Shown here: positions 1-11,400 of the stretch, one piece after another
Position numbering within the stretch: the first letter of the stretch is position 1
Layout: each line of letters begins with the position of its first letter
Virus record (IMG/VR): IMGVR_UViG_3300033064_001806
Coordinates: 32,001 to 96,000 of that record
From: a virus
Strand: one strand, 5' to 3'
DNA: 64,000 bases
Position numbers and translations under genes: made by a program
Notes under the pieces: generated by a model
Database searches by the model: none
The model's input: only the letters and a program-made list of their open reading frames with translations
What the model was told of the DNA's origin: nothing

Positions 1-765
1 AAACGTACAAACTTTCCAACTGAAATTATCCCCTTACCTTCAAAAGGTCTTATATATCCATTAGGTCATCCACTTGAAAGTGGCGTGATTGAAATGAAGT
101 ATATGACTGCAAGGGAAGAAGATATTTTAACATCACAAAACCTTATTAAACAAGGTGTTGTGTTAGACAAATTGTTTGAGTCTTTGATTGTTACTCCTGT
201 TAATTATAATGATTTATATATGGGTGACAAGAACGCAATTATGGTTGCAGCGAGAATATTGGGTTACGGTAAAGATTATCAAGTCGAAGTTGATGATCCA
301 TTCTCTCCTGGAACAAAACAAAAAGTAACAATAGATTTAACTCAAATTGAGCACAAGGAGGTTGATTACAGCTTATTTGAGAGGAGAGTAAACGAATTTG
401 ATTACGAACTACCTAATTCAAAAAGAGTAGTAACATTTCGTTTAATGACTCATGCTTTGGAAAAAGACATCCAAGCAGAATTAAAAACAATGAATAAGAC
501 ATTAGTAAGAACCGGAATTGACAGGGAACTTACAACAAGACTCAAACATATTATTACTTCCGTAGACGCTGAAAGTGGTAGAGCAGCGGTAAATCATTTT
601 GTAGATAATGAACTATTTGCAGCAGATTCACGTGCTTTAAGACAATATATTAAATCAATATCACCTGACCTTGATTTAACGTACACTTTTAATTCAGATA
701 CAACTGGCGAGGTGAAGGAGTTGGAAATACCTATGGGTGTTTCATTTTTTTGGCCTGGGAACTGA
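1..765 (+). CDS. Tail assembly chaperone / T4 gp26-like baseplate hub assembly protein (5' partial; frame open from position 1)
   Basis: Frame 1 reads KRTNFPTEIIPLPSKG...KYMTAREEDIL...FFWPGN. LPS-G and MT-EE-IL motifs match gp26-like/TAC proteins. Lies two genes upstream of the tape measure. Confidence 0.75.
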   Translation, partial: KRTNFPTEIIPLPSKGLIYPLGHPLESGVIEMKYMTAREEDILTSQNLIKQGVVLDKLFESLIVTPVNYNDLYMGDKNAIMVAARILGYGKDYQVEVDDPFSPGTKQKVTIDLTQIEHKEVDYSLFERRVNEFDYELPNSKRVVTFRLMTHALEKDIQAELKTMNKTLVRTGIDRELTTRLKHIITSVDAESGRAAVNHFVDNELFAADSRALRQYIKSISPDLDLTYTFNSDTTGEVKELEIPMGVSFFWPGN

Positions 766-973
766 TTATAAATTAGGTTTGCACGAAGAGTTATTTGTGT
801 TATGTTATAGAGGACAAGGCGGGTGGACGTGGAATGACGTTTATAATTTACCAATACACCTTAGACGATTCTATATAAAGCAAGTTTCTAAAGCAGTTGA
901 AGAACACAATAAACAATATGAAGAGTCAGGCAAATCTAAATCTCCAGCAATGCCTACATTTAGACCAAAATAA
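737..973 (+). CDS. Second tail-chaperone ORF (gp51/'T'-like), possibly expressed as a frameshift fusion
   Basis: GGWTWNDVYNLPIHLRRFY motif resembles gp51/T-type chaperone halves. Overlaps the upstream gene at a T7 run; no evident RBS or ATG. Confidence 0.65.
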   Translation: MFHFFGLGTDYKLGLHEELFVLCYRGQGGWTWNDVYNLPIHLRRFYIKQVSKAVEEHNKQYEESGKSKSPAMPTFRPK

Positions 974-975
974 TC

Positions 976-1010
976 AAAGTCCGTATATTTATTTATACGG
1001 ACTTTTTGTT
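976..1010 (+). terminator. 12-bp hairpin followed by T-run; ATATTTAT motif overlaps the left arm and loop
   Basis: aaagtccgtata-tttatt-tatacggacttt then ttgtt. Confidence 0.6.
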
Positions 1011-1028
1011 TAATTATAATGTGGTATA

Positions 1029-4000
1029 ATGGCTAAAGAAGACAAGAAAGAATCAGAAGAGTTACGTGACCTCCGCAGACAAGAAGCAGAAATCACACGT
1101 GAAATCATAGATCTTCGTGAAAAACTCGTTGCACTATCCAAATCTGATGGTGCAAATTTACGAGAAGTTCAGAAAGTTCAGGAAAGTCTATTAGGTTTAG
1201 AAAAACAGAAGCAGGGAGTTCAGGGGCAAATATACAACCAATACGGTGAAATACTTAAAAGTGAACAAACTCATTTAGATAGTATTCAGAAAATAGTAGA
1301 AACACAAGAAGACTTACTAGAATTAACAGAAGAAACAAATGAGGAGTATAAAAAGGCTCGTGCTGTTAAAATGGAATTGCTTGATCTTGAAGATGAATTA
1401 AAAACAAAATATGATGATATTCAAAAAGGTCTTTCTGAAACTATAAAAAGTTCGCATGAGTATAATTTTGTAACCGATATGATTTCCCAAACAACTGCAG
1501 CAGTTCAAGAGCGAGTAGAGGGTACAAGTAAAGAAATGATTGCCTTGGGTGATGCAACGCGTAAAAATCTTTACACTAATATTGATTTGGTTGATACATT
1601 ACAAGATATGGATGTTTCAGCAAAAGCGGTTCGTGAGGGTAAATTTATTGAATTAAGTTCAGTTCGTGAAGAATTATCTTTAAAGAAAACAGGTAGAATG
1701 CTTGACGCACTCAAAGAAGATTTTAACCGTGGTTCAGTAAAAGACGCTGCGGGTAAGACAAAGTATTCTCAACAAGATTTGGATTTTATTCAGAAACAAA
1801 TGGGAATCTATACAATACAAGAAAAGAGTTTGAATAGTATTATTTCTCTTAAACAAAAATCCAATGAAGAAAATAAACAAGATGCTAGTACGCAAGCAAA
1901 AATTATACAAAAAACAGAAGAATTACAGAGTGCAATTGGTGAAACAAAATTTGGGGCGGTTTTCGATGGTTTAGAAAGTGGTATAAAGAAAATACCAGGT
2001 GGTACAGCACTTACAAAAGTTCTTGGATTTGATACATTTAAGAAAAACATGCAAGAAAATGTTGGTAAGTCATTAACAGGCATAGCAACTGGCTTCCAAG
2101 GAGGAATGGTTTCTGGTATGAAAGCATCTGGACAAGCAGTAATGGGATTTGGTAAAACATTGTTGATGGGACCACAAGCCGTAATATTTGGAATAATTGC
2201 AGCAGTAGGAGCGTTGGTTGCATTGTTTGTTTCATTAGATGGAAAAACTTCAAAGATACAAAAAACTTTCGGTGGAACAAAAGCAGAAGCTGAAAAAACA
2301 CATCATGCTGCACATAAATTAGCAGAAAACATGAAAGTAGCAGGCATTAATTCAGAGCAAACATTAAAAGCAATGGAAGATGTTAGTGAAAGAATGGGTG
2401 GACTTGATGTTTCTGCCATAATGCAAGGTGGTAATAAAGCAATGGCTCAGATGGTTTCTGATAGTGCTGTACTTTCTGAGAAGTTTGGTTTGAGTGCAGA
2501 TGAGATTGGAAATATACAAACATTGGCAACTTTAACTGGTACAAGTGTTGGTAGTTTAGTAAACCAAACAACAAAATTGGGTAAAGGTTTACTAACAGAT
2601 AAAGCAGCAATGAAAACTTTAGCTGAAATACCAAAGCAAGTTACCGTTGCATTTAAGGGTACAACACAAGAACTTATTAAAGCTGCTCAAAAAGCAAAAT
2701 TGTACGGAACTACCTTGGAATCAATTCAAAAAGTAGGTAGAGGAATGTTAGATATTGAATCCTCATTATCAGCAGAAATGGAAGCTAGGGTGTTAACTGG
2801 TAAAAATATAAACTTTGATGCTGCAAGGGGTTACGCATTGAACGGTTTAACTGCTAAATTACAAGATGAGATATTAACTCAAATGGGTTCTATGGAAGAT
2901 TTCAAAAAAATGAATGTACTTCAACAAGAATCTATGGCAAAAGCGTTTGGTATGTCTGTTGAAGAAATGACTACTATGTTAGCCAAGGGTGAAGAACTAA
3001 AAAATGTTGGTTTGAGTGCTGCAAAATTAGAAGAAAAACAATATCAAAATGCCGTTGGTTTAAGAGAAGAAGCAGAAAAAGCTCGTCAAGCAGGAAAAGG
3101 TGATTTGGCCGCTAAGTTAACAAGTATGGCTGCAGAAAAAGATTCCGCCACAATGGCAGAAAAACTCGGTGACATAATGACAAAAGTGAAAGAAAAATTT
3201 GAATCACTTATGTTTCCTATTGTTGAAATGGTTCATGGATTATTTGACGCAAAAGACGCAGGTGGCGGTATTATGGCAGTATTTGATGATGTTGTTAATT
3301 CTATAAAACCAATTTTATCTATACTTGGTGTTATAATTAAAATTATTTTAGCTGGTATGATTCCTGCATTCAAATTCACATTCAGTATTATATCTATGTT
3401 AGTTAAACCACTTTCATGGGTTGCTTCATTATTTGGTAGTGTAGAAGAAAAAACAGAACAAGTTGGAAAAACTGTGAAGGGTGTATCTGACGGTGTAAAT
3501 AAAATAACCAAACCAGTTAAAGAAGTAGAATCAGGATTTGGTGGTGTTCTAAAGTTAGTTGGATTAATAGGTGCAGCTTTTGCAGGTAAGGCTTTGATTG
3601 GAAAGGGTTTAGGGATGCTTAAAGATAAAGCTATGGATTTGGGTACAACATTGATGAGTAAAGTTGGTGGTGCTGCAAGTAAAGTGACAGGAAAATTAAC
3701 TGGAAAGATGGGTGGATTGGCAAGTAAGGTAGCAGGAAAATTACCTGGAAAAATGGGCGGATTTGCACAAAAGGCATTGGGTAAACTCACAGGGGCAGGT
3801 GGTGATGCAGGTGGTGGAGATGCCACAAGTAAAATGTTAGATACACAAACAGCAAATCTTGATAAAACATCTAAACTAGCAGATGGTGCTAAATCTATGG
3901 GTGATAAAATTGCTGATTTCGGTAAAGGATTGGGTTCTGCTATACAATCAATTGGTACAGGTATTGGTGGTGCATTTCAAGGAATTTTAACAGGAATAGG

Positions 4001-5435
4001 AAAAGGAATAGAAGCGCTTGGACAATCATTAGCAACAATGACTCCTATTGGTCCAGTTGGGGTTGCAGTTGGTTTATTTTTCTTAGCGTTGGGTGCTTCA
4101 CTACTTATGGCAGCACCTGCAATAAAAGCAATTGCTCCCGTATTAATGAAGTTTGTAGAAATTATAGGTGTAGCATTGGTTAAGGCGTTAGAAGTTGCAG
4201 GACCCATAATACAAAAAGTAATAGAAACTGTTGGTATAGTTCTAACCGCTTTTATGCCAGTATTGATTAGAGTTGCTGAAGTTCTTGGTACAGTATTTAT
4301 TGCGGCAATAAAAGAAATTGGTCCAATTGTAAAAACTGTGTTTGAAGGTATTGCAAGCGTAATGAGTACAATAGGCACACAGATAGTTAACATAATAAAT
4401 ACGATTGGTGATAATATAGTAAAAATAGTCGATAAACTTATGGCTATAACTGGTATCAATCCATTAACATTAATGGCAATTGCAGCGGGTATAGTTATAT
4501 TAGGTGGTGCTCTTGCCGGATTTGGTGCAGGTGCTGGTGCAGGTGCACTTATGGAGGGTCTCGGTAGTTTAGTCGGTGGTGACAGTCCAATAGACCAATT
4601 AATAACAATCTTAGATAAGGTTGACCCAAAAACAATTGGTGCTGTTGTTGCCGGTATTGCAGGTATTGGTGTTGCTATGAAAGTCATGGCAGAGCATTTG
4701 GGTAATATCGATGCTAGTAAATTAGAAGAATTTGGTGACGCTTTAAGTGGATTGATGAAAAACATGAGTGGTGGACTTATGGAAGGACTTAGTAGTTTGG
4801 CTGGAGGTAAAAGTCCATTAGAGCAAATGAGTGAACTTGTTACTAAGTTAAATCCAGAAAAAATATCTGGTGCAGCAAAAGCATTTAGTCAAATATCAGA
4901 TTCACTAAAAAAACTTTCCGATACTATTTCAACACTTGATGTTGATAAATTATCTACAGTTATGGATAAAGTTGGCGGTGGTGGGGGTGTTGCTAATGTA
5001 GTTGGTTCTATTATGGGTGGGATAACTTCATTATTTGGTGGTGGTGGTACTGAAGAAAGTAAACCGGCATCCGCAGCAAATAAAGCAAATGAATATACAG
5101 CAAAATCAACAATAACAAGTATTCCACAAACTACTACACCAGCTACAACAGCAGCAATAACAAGTATTCCACAAACTACTACACCATCTACAACAGCAGC
5201 ACCACCAACAGTTACAGGTGTACCTCCTGGTGAAGCACCTGGTAAAGCGAAGGGTGATGTTGGAGATGCGTTGGGTTCTAAATTAGATAGATTAATTTCT
5301 ATCATAGAAAGTATGGCTAGTCAGCCAACTATAATAAAGTTTGGTGAAAAAACAGTTGAAGAGATACAAAGTAAAATTGATTTCAAAAAAGCGTATAATA
5401 TAGCGATAGATAATACATACGGCCGTAGAATTTAA
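1029..5435 (+). CDS. Tail tape measure protein
   Basis: 1468 aa. N-terminal coiled coil, LDIESS..AEMEA..LTG core, Gly/Ala-rich amphipathic and hydrophobic stretches. Position after the chaperones. Confidence 0.9.
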   Translation: MAKEDKKESEELRDLRRQEAEITREIIDLREKLVALSKSDGANLREVQKVQESLLGLEKQKQGVQGQIYNQYGEILKSEQTHLDSIQKIVETQEDLLELTEETNEEYKKARAVKMELLDLEDELKTKYDDIQKGLSETIKSSHEYNFVTDMISQTTAAVQERVEGTSKEMIALGDATRKNLYTNIDLVDTLQDMDVSAKAVREGKFIELSSVREELSLKKTGRMLDALKEDFNRGSVKDAAGKTKYSQQDLDFIQKQMGIYTIQEKSLNSIISLKQKSNEENKQDASTQAKIIQKTEELQSAIGETKFGAVFDGLESGIKKIPGGTALTKVLGFDTFKKNMQENVGKSLTGIATGFQGGMVSGMKASGQAVMGFGKTLLMGPQAVIFGIIAAVGALVALFVSLDGKTSKIQKTFGGTKAEAEKTHHAAHKLAENMKVAGINSEQTLKAMEDVSERMGGLDVSAIMQGGNKAMAQMVSDSAVLSEKFGLSADEIGNIQTLATLTGTSVGSLVNQTTKLGKGLLTDKAAMKTLAEIPKQVTVAFKGTTQELIKAAQKAKLYGTTLESIQKVGRGMLDIESSLSAEMEARVLTGKNINFDAARGYALNGLTAKLQDEILTQMGSMEDFKKMNVLQQESMAKAFGMSVEEMTTMLAKGEELKNVGLSAAKLEEKQYQNAVGLREEAEKARQAGKGDLAAKLTSMAAEKDSATMAEKLGDIMTKVKEKFESLMFPIVEMVHGLFDAKDAGGGIMAVFDDVVNSIKPILSILGVIIKIILAGMIPAFKFTFSIISMLVKPLSWVASLFGSVEEKTEQVGKTVKGVSDGVNKITKPVKEVESGFGGVLKLVGLIGAAFAGKALIGKGLGMLKDKAMDLGTTLMSKVGGAASKVTGKLTGKMGGLASKVAGKLPGKMGGFAQKALGKLTGAGGDAGGGDATSKMLDTQTANLDKTSKLADGAKSMGDKIADFGKGLGSAIQSIGTGIGGAFQGILTGIGKGIEALGQSLATMTPIGPVGVAVGLFFLALGASLLMAAPAIKAIAPVLMKFVEIIGVALVKALEVAGPIIQKVIETVGIVLTAFMPVLIRVAEVLGTVFIAAIKEIGPIVKTVFEGIASVMSTIGTQIVNIINTIGDNIVKIVDKLMAITGINPLTLMAIAAGIVILGGALAGFGAGAGAGALMEGLGSLVGGDSPIDQLITILDKVDPKTIGAVVAGIAGIGVAMKVMAEHLGNIDASKLEEFGDALSGLMKNMSGGLMEGLSSLAGGKSPLEQMSELVTKLNPEKISGAAKAFSQISDSLKKLSDTISTLDVDKLSTVMDKVGGGGGVANVVGSIMGGITSLFGGGGTEESKPASAANKANEYTAKSTITSIPQTTTPATTAAITSIPQTTTPSTTAAPPTVTGVPPGEAPGKAKGDVGDALGSKLDRLISIIESMASQPTIIKFGEKTVEEIQSKIDFKKAYNIAIDNTYGRRI
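5110..5201 (+). repeat. 45-bp tandem duplication in TMP (ITSIPQTTTPxTTAA x2)
   Basis: caataacaagtattccacaaactactacacca at 5110 and 5155. Confidence 0.9.
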
Positions 5436-5477
5436 TAATATACTTAGAGTTATATTTATATGAAATAATTAGGATGC

Positions 5478-8400
5478 ATGATGTCATTAATAGATTTACA
5501 ATCAGACTTATCAAAATTTAGATCAACCTCTGTAAAGCAAGCAAAAACTACATCTGCTTCTTCAAAAGCTAAGGATGGTAAGAATTTTGCCAATGTAACT
5601 CCTGTTTCTGATAAAATGGAATCCATGTCTCCTAATATAAATCCACTCGAACAAAGTAATTTAGAAGGAATGATGAGTTCAACTAAATTGGATGATATAA
5701 AAAAATTCAATACAAAACCATTATCTGGACTACTTGGTAAAACTAAATTAGACGATATAAAGAAATTCAATACAAAACCATTATCTGGACTACTTGGTAA
5801 AACTAAATTAGACGATATAAAGAAATTCAATACAAAACCAATAGAAGATTTGTTGGGTAAATCTAATTTGGATGATAATAAGGCGTTTAAAACAACACCA
5901 ATTGAAAGTAGATTGGAAGGAACTAAATTAGATGATGTAAACCCGTTTACAACCACACCCATAGAAAAAAGATTCGAGACTTCTAAATTAGATGATATTG
6001 TGAAAAAAGTTTTTCAAGAGGGACTTGTAAACGCTGTTTCTAAATACTCTAACATTAATATTGATTCGGAATTAACACCGTTGGCTAAATTATCTTCTGG
6101 TACTATTGCATCTAAATTTGCTCAAATACGTGAAGAAAATTTTGAAAGTAAATTAAATAAATCAGAAATAAATCCAAGAATAATCGGCATTGGTCAAAAT
6201 AATTTACAATCTAATATACAACCAAAACAAACTACATTAACTTTTAATAGAAAAGATTCTACACCAGAAATACCAATAAACAGTTCAGACCCATCTGATA
6301 ATATAACAGATCCTAAAGTTGAGATAAATAGAATACCATTGTCTTTAGATAGAAATAGTCAGTCTGTTGATATAACATCAAGAGGGGTTGTATTGCCCAA
6401 TGATGATGTAGTTGATCCAAAAGTTATTATAAATACTAAACCATTATTTAATGATTTGAAACCACAATCTGTTATTATAAATAAAGATTTATTTTCTCCG
6501 TTAAATAATATATTAAATCCAGACATTGCATTCGAGCGTTCTATTTTGTCAATGGATAAAACAATAGAATCACCAGAATTGTTTACTGACTTACCAGTTG
6601 ATGGATTTATTACAATACCAGATACAAAAATATTTAAAACTGATTTACGAACTAAATTGGTAAAAGATATAAGTGATTATAATGTAGATGGTATTCCTGC
6701 GAAGTATGCACCCATTTCAAAATTAATGGAAATGACTCCATCGCAAATAGTTGATACAATTCGATATGATTTAGAATCTGTTCAATTAGAAGACAACAGT
6801 AAATATAATTTAGATAAGGCTATAAAAACTATTCCTTTTGGTAGAAATGAAGATCCATCAAAATCAAAATATTCTGCAGTTGACACACAAGAAGTAAACT
6901 TTTTTCCAGATTCAATGGCAAGTGGATTTACAGCAAGACAGCAGTTAGGTGATAGTAAATTCAATGGTGATTCAACATATGGTTGGGTTGGAAAATCTGG
7001 TGCAGCACCTTCTGTAAATTATATGAGTGATGAGAACGCAAAAGGATTTAAAACTTTTGTTGAAAAAAATAAAACTGCTTTTGTTATCAATAGTTCAGGA
7101 TTTGGATTTGTAAAGATACCAGAAGTTAATTACTTTGATGAAAATAAACTTTATACAAAAGAAGGGTTTAAGGCGTTTACTTCACAGTTAGAAAGTGCTT
7201 ATATAGATAATTCTTCTAAGTATGGATGGGAAGGAAAATCTGGTGCAGCACCTGAAGTTAATTACTTTGATATAACTGAAACAAATACAACAGCTGGTTT
7301 TACTAAATTTGTACAACTGTATGATAGTAAATATATTCCAGACTCTTCTGTATTTAATTGGGAGGGAGCAGCACCTGCGGTAAACTACTTTGATATTACA
7401 AATACACATACAGCCGACGGTTTTAAAACTTTATCTCAACCATTTATATCAAGTTATATTCCTGACTCTTCTCAATTTGATTGGGACGGAACACGTGATC
7501 AATCACCAGAAGTAAATTATTTTGATTTACTCGGTAGATATACTACTACCGGATTTACTAAATTCGCACAGAACTATGATAGTAAATATATCCAAGATGC
7601 TTCACAATTCGACTGGGACGGTTCAAAAGAGCAGGCTCCAGTTGTAAACTACTTTGACTTGACTAGCACGTATACAAACGATGGATTTACTTCTTTCTCA
7701 AATTTGTACGATAGCAAGTATATTCAAGATTCTTCCCAATTTGATTGGAATGGTAATAAAGAAAATGTTCCAACTGTTAATTATTTTGATTTAACAAACG
7801 CGCATACTAATATTGGTTTTCATTCGTTTGCAGCTAAATTAGATTCTAAGTACATTAAAGAATCTTCCCAATTTGATTGGAATGGTGCACGTGACAAAGC
7901 ACCTGCGGTTGATTACTTTGATTTAACAAAGAGAAACACAACATCTGGATTTACAACATTTCACATACTACATGATTCAAAATATGTAAAAGAATCATCA
8001 ATATTCGATTGGGATGGTGTTCGTTCACAAGCACCTGCGATAAACTATTTAGACTTATTGAAACAGTATACAACAGAAGGATTCAATACCTTTACTCAGT
8101 TTCAAATAACAAAGTATATTCCTGACTCTTCTCAATTTGATTGGAATGGAACACGTTCAGACGCTCCAGCGGTGGATTATTTTGATTTAACTAAAAAGAA
8201 TACAACAGTTGGTTTCCATGCATTTTCAAGAAAATATGAGAGTAAATACGTACCAGAATCATCAGAATTTGATTGGGACGGAACAAAACAAAAAGCGCCT
8301 GCTGTTGATTACTTTGATTTAACTAAGAAATTTACCACGGTAGGTTTTCATACGTTTGCAAGAAAATTAGAAACAAAGTATATACCAGAATCATCGGAAT

Positions 8401-11400
8401 TTGATTGGGATGGACAGAAGCAAAAAGCACCTGCGGTTAATTACTTTGACTTGAATAAAAGAAACACAACAATAGGCTTTCACACATTTGCACAACAGTA
8501 TGATACAAAGTATATACCAGAATCATCAGTATTCGATTGGAATGGAAATAGAGGTAAAGCACCTGCTGTAAATTATTTTGATAAATCAAATATTGCAACA
8601 TCCAAAGGTTTTCATATATTATCACAACAACAAGAACCAACTTCTTATCAAACAAGTGGCAACCAACTAAAAGGTGGTGCATCAATATTTGATTGGGATG
8701 GTTCTCGCACTGCTGCACCAGAAGTTAACTACTTTGATACGGGTAATCAAAGAACAACAAAAGGATTTCATAAGTTTGCTAAGCAACTTGAGCCAACTAA
8801 ATATCAAATAGCAGGAACAACTCTAAAAGATGATGCTTCTGAGTTTGATTGGAATGGTACAAGAGCAAAATCACCAGAAGTTGATTACTTTGATTTAACT
8901 AAAAGATTTACAAAAAAAGGTTTCCATAGATTAGCAGAAGTTAGAGAGGAAACCAAATACAAAACAGAGGCTTCAGAATTTACATTCAAAGGTTCACGGC
9001 CTAAAAAAGGTGTAAACTATTTCGATGCTACTGCAAAAAATGCTGCTGGTTTTACTCAAAAACCAGAATCATTACAAACAGAATATAAACACGAATCTTC
9101 AAATTTTGGGTTTACTGGTAAATTACCAAGTCCAATTGATTTCTTTGATAATAAAGATTCAGATGGTTTTGTATTAAATGCAGAGCCACTTCAAAGTAAA
9201 TTTAAGGAAGATACTAGTAGGTTTACATTTCTAGGAAAAAGAAGTAATGCACCTGCAATTGATTATATAGAAAATAAAAATGCTCCAGGTTTTAATTCAT
9301 TTCCACCATTACTCGAATCCAAATATGATTTAGATTCTACACAATTTGGTTGGAAGGGTGTTAGAATAAGTGCACCATCAGTAGATTTCTTAGATAACGC
9401 TGCTTCAAGTGGGTTTACAACGTTCGCACAAACATATCAAAGTTTTTATACTGAAGATTTTGGTACATATAATTGGAAAGGACCACGTTCAGACGCACCA
9501 AATGTTAGTTGGTTTGGTATTACACCAAAAAGAAAAATGCAACTACCAGACTTGGATTCTGCTACCCGTAGTGTTATGACTGATCAAGGGTTTAAAACTT
9601 TCTTTGAAAATAAAGAAAATACAAACTTAGCTTCAAGTTATTCAACACTATCAACTGAAAATGGACTGAACAAATCTTTAGTGAATAATATTCCTATGAC
9701 TAATTTCTTTGGATATACGCCTTCCACAAGAAACGGGTTTATGATAAAAATGACATCAACGAATGATACTATGTATCCGATAGTTTCACCAATGATGCGA
9801 TACGATTTACAACTGCAACAAAGAACTCCTATTCAAATATCAAGAGGTGAACTCCAAGGTGGACTCATTAAAGATAGAGAATTGTATGCACCCAACACTT
9901 TTGGTAAAAAGATTTTCGGTAATGGTAGATTATCTTCTTTACAAAATCAAGTACCAGATTCAAAGGTTGATACTGATTCTTCTTACTATGGAAGAACATA
10001 CGAAGAAAACATAAGAAACTTTACAGAGAAAAAAGGATACGTTGCTAAATGGGCAATAAAACAAAATTCACCTTCACCATTAGACTTACAATATTCCAAA
10101 TTTAATTTAAGAGCAGACTCTTATAATCCAGACTTCTTAGGTTCAGCAGACCAACCATTTGTGATGAGAGACATTGGACAGCGATGGGGATTTGGTGTAA
10201 ACTTTGATGAAGGACTTGTTCGTGGTGGTGCTGTTACAATGGCAGACCGTATTCTTAATGACGTAATACGTATTGGTAAATTCTTGATAACTGGTAAAGG
10301 TTTACTGTTCTTAGCAAAACAAGTTGGCTTACAATTAATGAATCCGAATGTAGATGAAAGGCCAGTGAACGGTATTATTGATTCATTAGCTTCTGCAACT
10401 TCATTTGGAATGTCACCAACACAAATTTTCAATCCTTTGGCTTTAATTGCAAATGTAGGTGGTGCACCAATTGGTTTAAGACTACCAAGACATAGTTTGT
10501 TGGGTGCTTTAGATTCATCGATGTTGAACAGATACGGTGATACTGCTATAAAAAGAGAATTTTTAGAAGATGGTACACCTGCTGGTTCAAATTTCAAAGA
10601 ATTAGAAGTACCAGAAAGCGATGGTGATCAAACAGATTACAGTAGATTAATCGGATTGATGAAAGAATTATTACCTAATTCATTCAAACCTAATGTTGCA
10701 GGTTTAACATTTGATCATGAACACGCAAAAATATATAGAATTTCAAGTGGATTTGGTGGACCAGGTGCTCCATTAGGAATTGGTGGTACAAAAATAAGAA
10801 GAGCAACTCATCCATACCTTACTTATTATACAACCAATGCATTCTTAGTTGAGGCTGTACCACCAACTCCACCTGCCACAACAACCGCAGCAAGTGCAGT
10901 ACCAACTTCTCCGGCTGCTGCAGCTGCTTCAGCAGGTGCTGCATTAGGACTTGGTACAACTTCAAATCCACAATATCAAAAAACTGCACTTAGAAATCAA
11001 TTTTATAATCTTGGTGATAAAAATGGTGATGTGAATCCAGGTGGAAGTTATTCTGCTGAATTGTTTAATCAATATAACACAAGTGAAAAATCTGCATTCG
11101 GTATGATTAAAGGACTTATAAACTTGTTACCAAATGGTCCAGGTAATACTGTAAGTGCAGGTGGTGGTACAGCGAGTACAGGTAGTGTAGGTACTTCTGG
11201 AAGTGCTGCATCCATTCCAATATCTTTACATTCTGAGACAATAAACAGAATAAAAGGTTTGAACACATTCACTCCAAAAACAAAAACATTTTCATCGATA
11301 ATTAAACCAGAAACATATGCTAACGCATTGAATAATCAAGACGTTCCGTTACATAAAAGTTCTCCAACTGAATCAGATCCACTTAAAAAATATTTAACAT

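Noticed and set aside
5681-9720. Periodic repeats as a CRISPR array or DGR template/variable pair
   Set aside because: Repeats are in-frame coding units with synonymous variation, no unique spacers, no A-specific mismatch pattern and no reverse transcriptase in the window.
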